A stretch of DNA of 64,000 nt. It comes from an uncultured Nitrososphaerales archaeon (lineage in GTDB: Archaea; Thermoproteota; Nitrososphaeria; Nitrososphaerales; Nitrososphaeraceae). Of the stretch, positions 62,591 to 64,000 are shown in pieces. The stretch covers positions 256,001 to 320,000 of the forward strand of contig CAVQMO010000005.1 of NCBI GenBank assembly GCA_963713605.1, in the 5' to 3' direction. A program made the translations under genes and the position numbers. The notes below the pieces were generated by a model, which worked only from the letters and a program-made list of their open reading frames with translations, was not told where the DNA came from and did not search any database. The number at the start of each line of letters is the position of its first letter. Position 1 is the first letter of the stretch.

Positions 62591-63143
62591 TCTAATTATT
62601 TGCAGTGGCATGTAATTCTAAGAACCTATCTTTCATATCACAGCGACTTATTAATGTCAGAAAAAGTGTAGGAAACTAGGAATATTAAAAGTAGGAATAT
62701 TAAAAAAATGGAGGAAAGAAGGAATGTGCGCACCACATACATCTCAATAGGATACTAAATCATGACAAGAGTAGCAAAACAAGCGGTAAGGGATCTCTGC
62801 ACAGGCTTAACTCTATTTCAGCGAGATCTTTGCTTTATGGGTAGACATCAGAATTATCTTAAGCACATTTCATTTTGACACGACTGAAATTTTCCGTGTT
62901 CTTGTAATTGCTTATTTGAGAAAGTGAAGGATCTGTTCTATATGTATATTCACTACACCTACGTAAAGTAAGACCAATCGAATCATTATTCAGTTGTATT
63001 TTCGGTAAGTTTAGGATACCTAGTAATAAATATGGGAAAAGTTAAATCGAAAATTGTGTGATGTTTAAAAGTCTTAATCTTGTTCTATGTCAAATTAACT
63101 CTGGTCTCCTATTGTAAAAACTGACCAAATCCTATTATGGTGG

Positions 63144-63926
<783 letters not shown>

Positions 63927-64000
63927 TTCAGATTAAGGTGTGTACTCAAGACAAAACGGTAGCAGCCAAGATGAAGGTATGTCAAGATGTTATGAAGAAA

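Overview
Archaeal chromosomal window of low GC. Gene families, TTG/GTG starts with TATA-like boxes about 25-35 nt upstream, and lineage-typical wHTH and secreted proteins suggest a soil ammonia-oxidising archaeon (Nitrososphaeraceae); this is inferred, not marker-based. I recognised no rRNA, tRNA, CRISPR or intact transposase. The window is an accessory cell-surface/glycan region. It carries glmS, two UDP-GlcNAc 2-epimerases, a processive QxxRW GT2, an LpxD-like acyltransferase divergent from a PIG-L deacetylase, a GlxA/galactose-oxidase-like copper-radical oxidase with all catalytic motifs, a LamG-PQQ sugar dehydrogenase, a DMFase-beta-like protein, tatA and many secreted low-complexity proteins. 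Best leads: (i) an archaeal analogue of the Streptomyces CslA/GlxA glycan system; (ii) a deacetylase/LpxD-like N-acyl swap pair in an organism without lipid A; (iii) four paralogues of an unrecognised secreted two-cysteine 'SPWFPS..C' domain in two subtypes; (iv) non-canonical RK/RL Tat motifs, one next to tatA; (v) a 59-aa Cys-rich microprotein absent from the ORF track. About a dozen genes, glmS included, carry isolated frameshifts that are most likely long-read indel errors.
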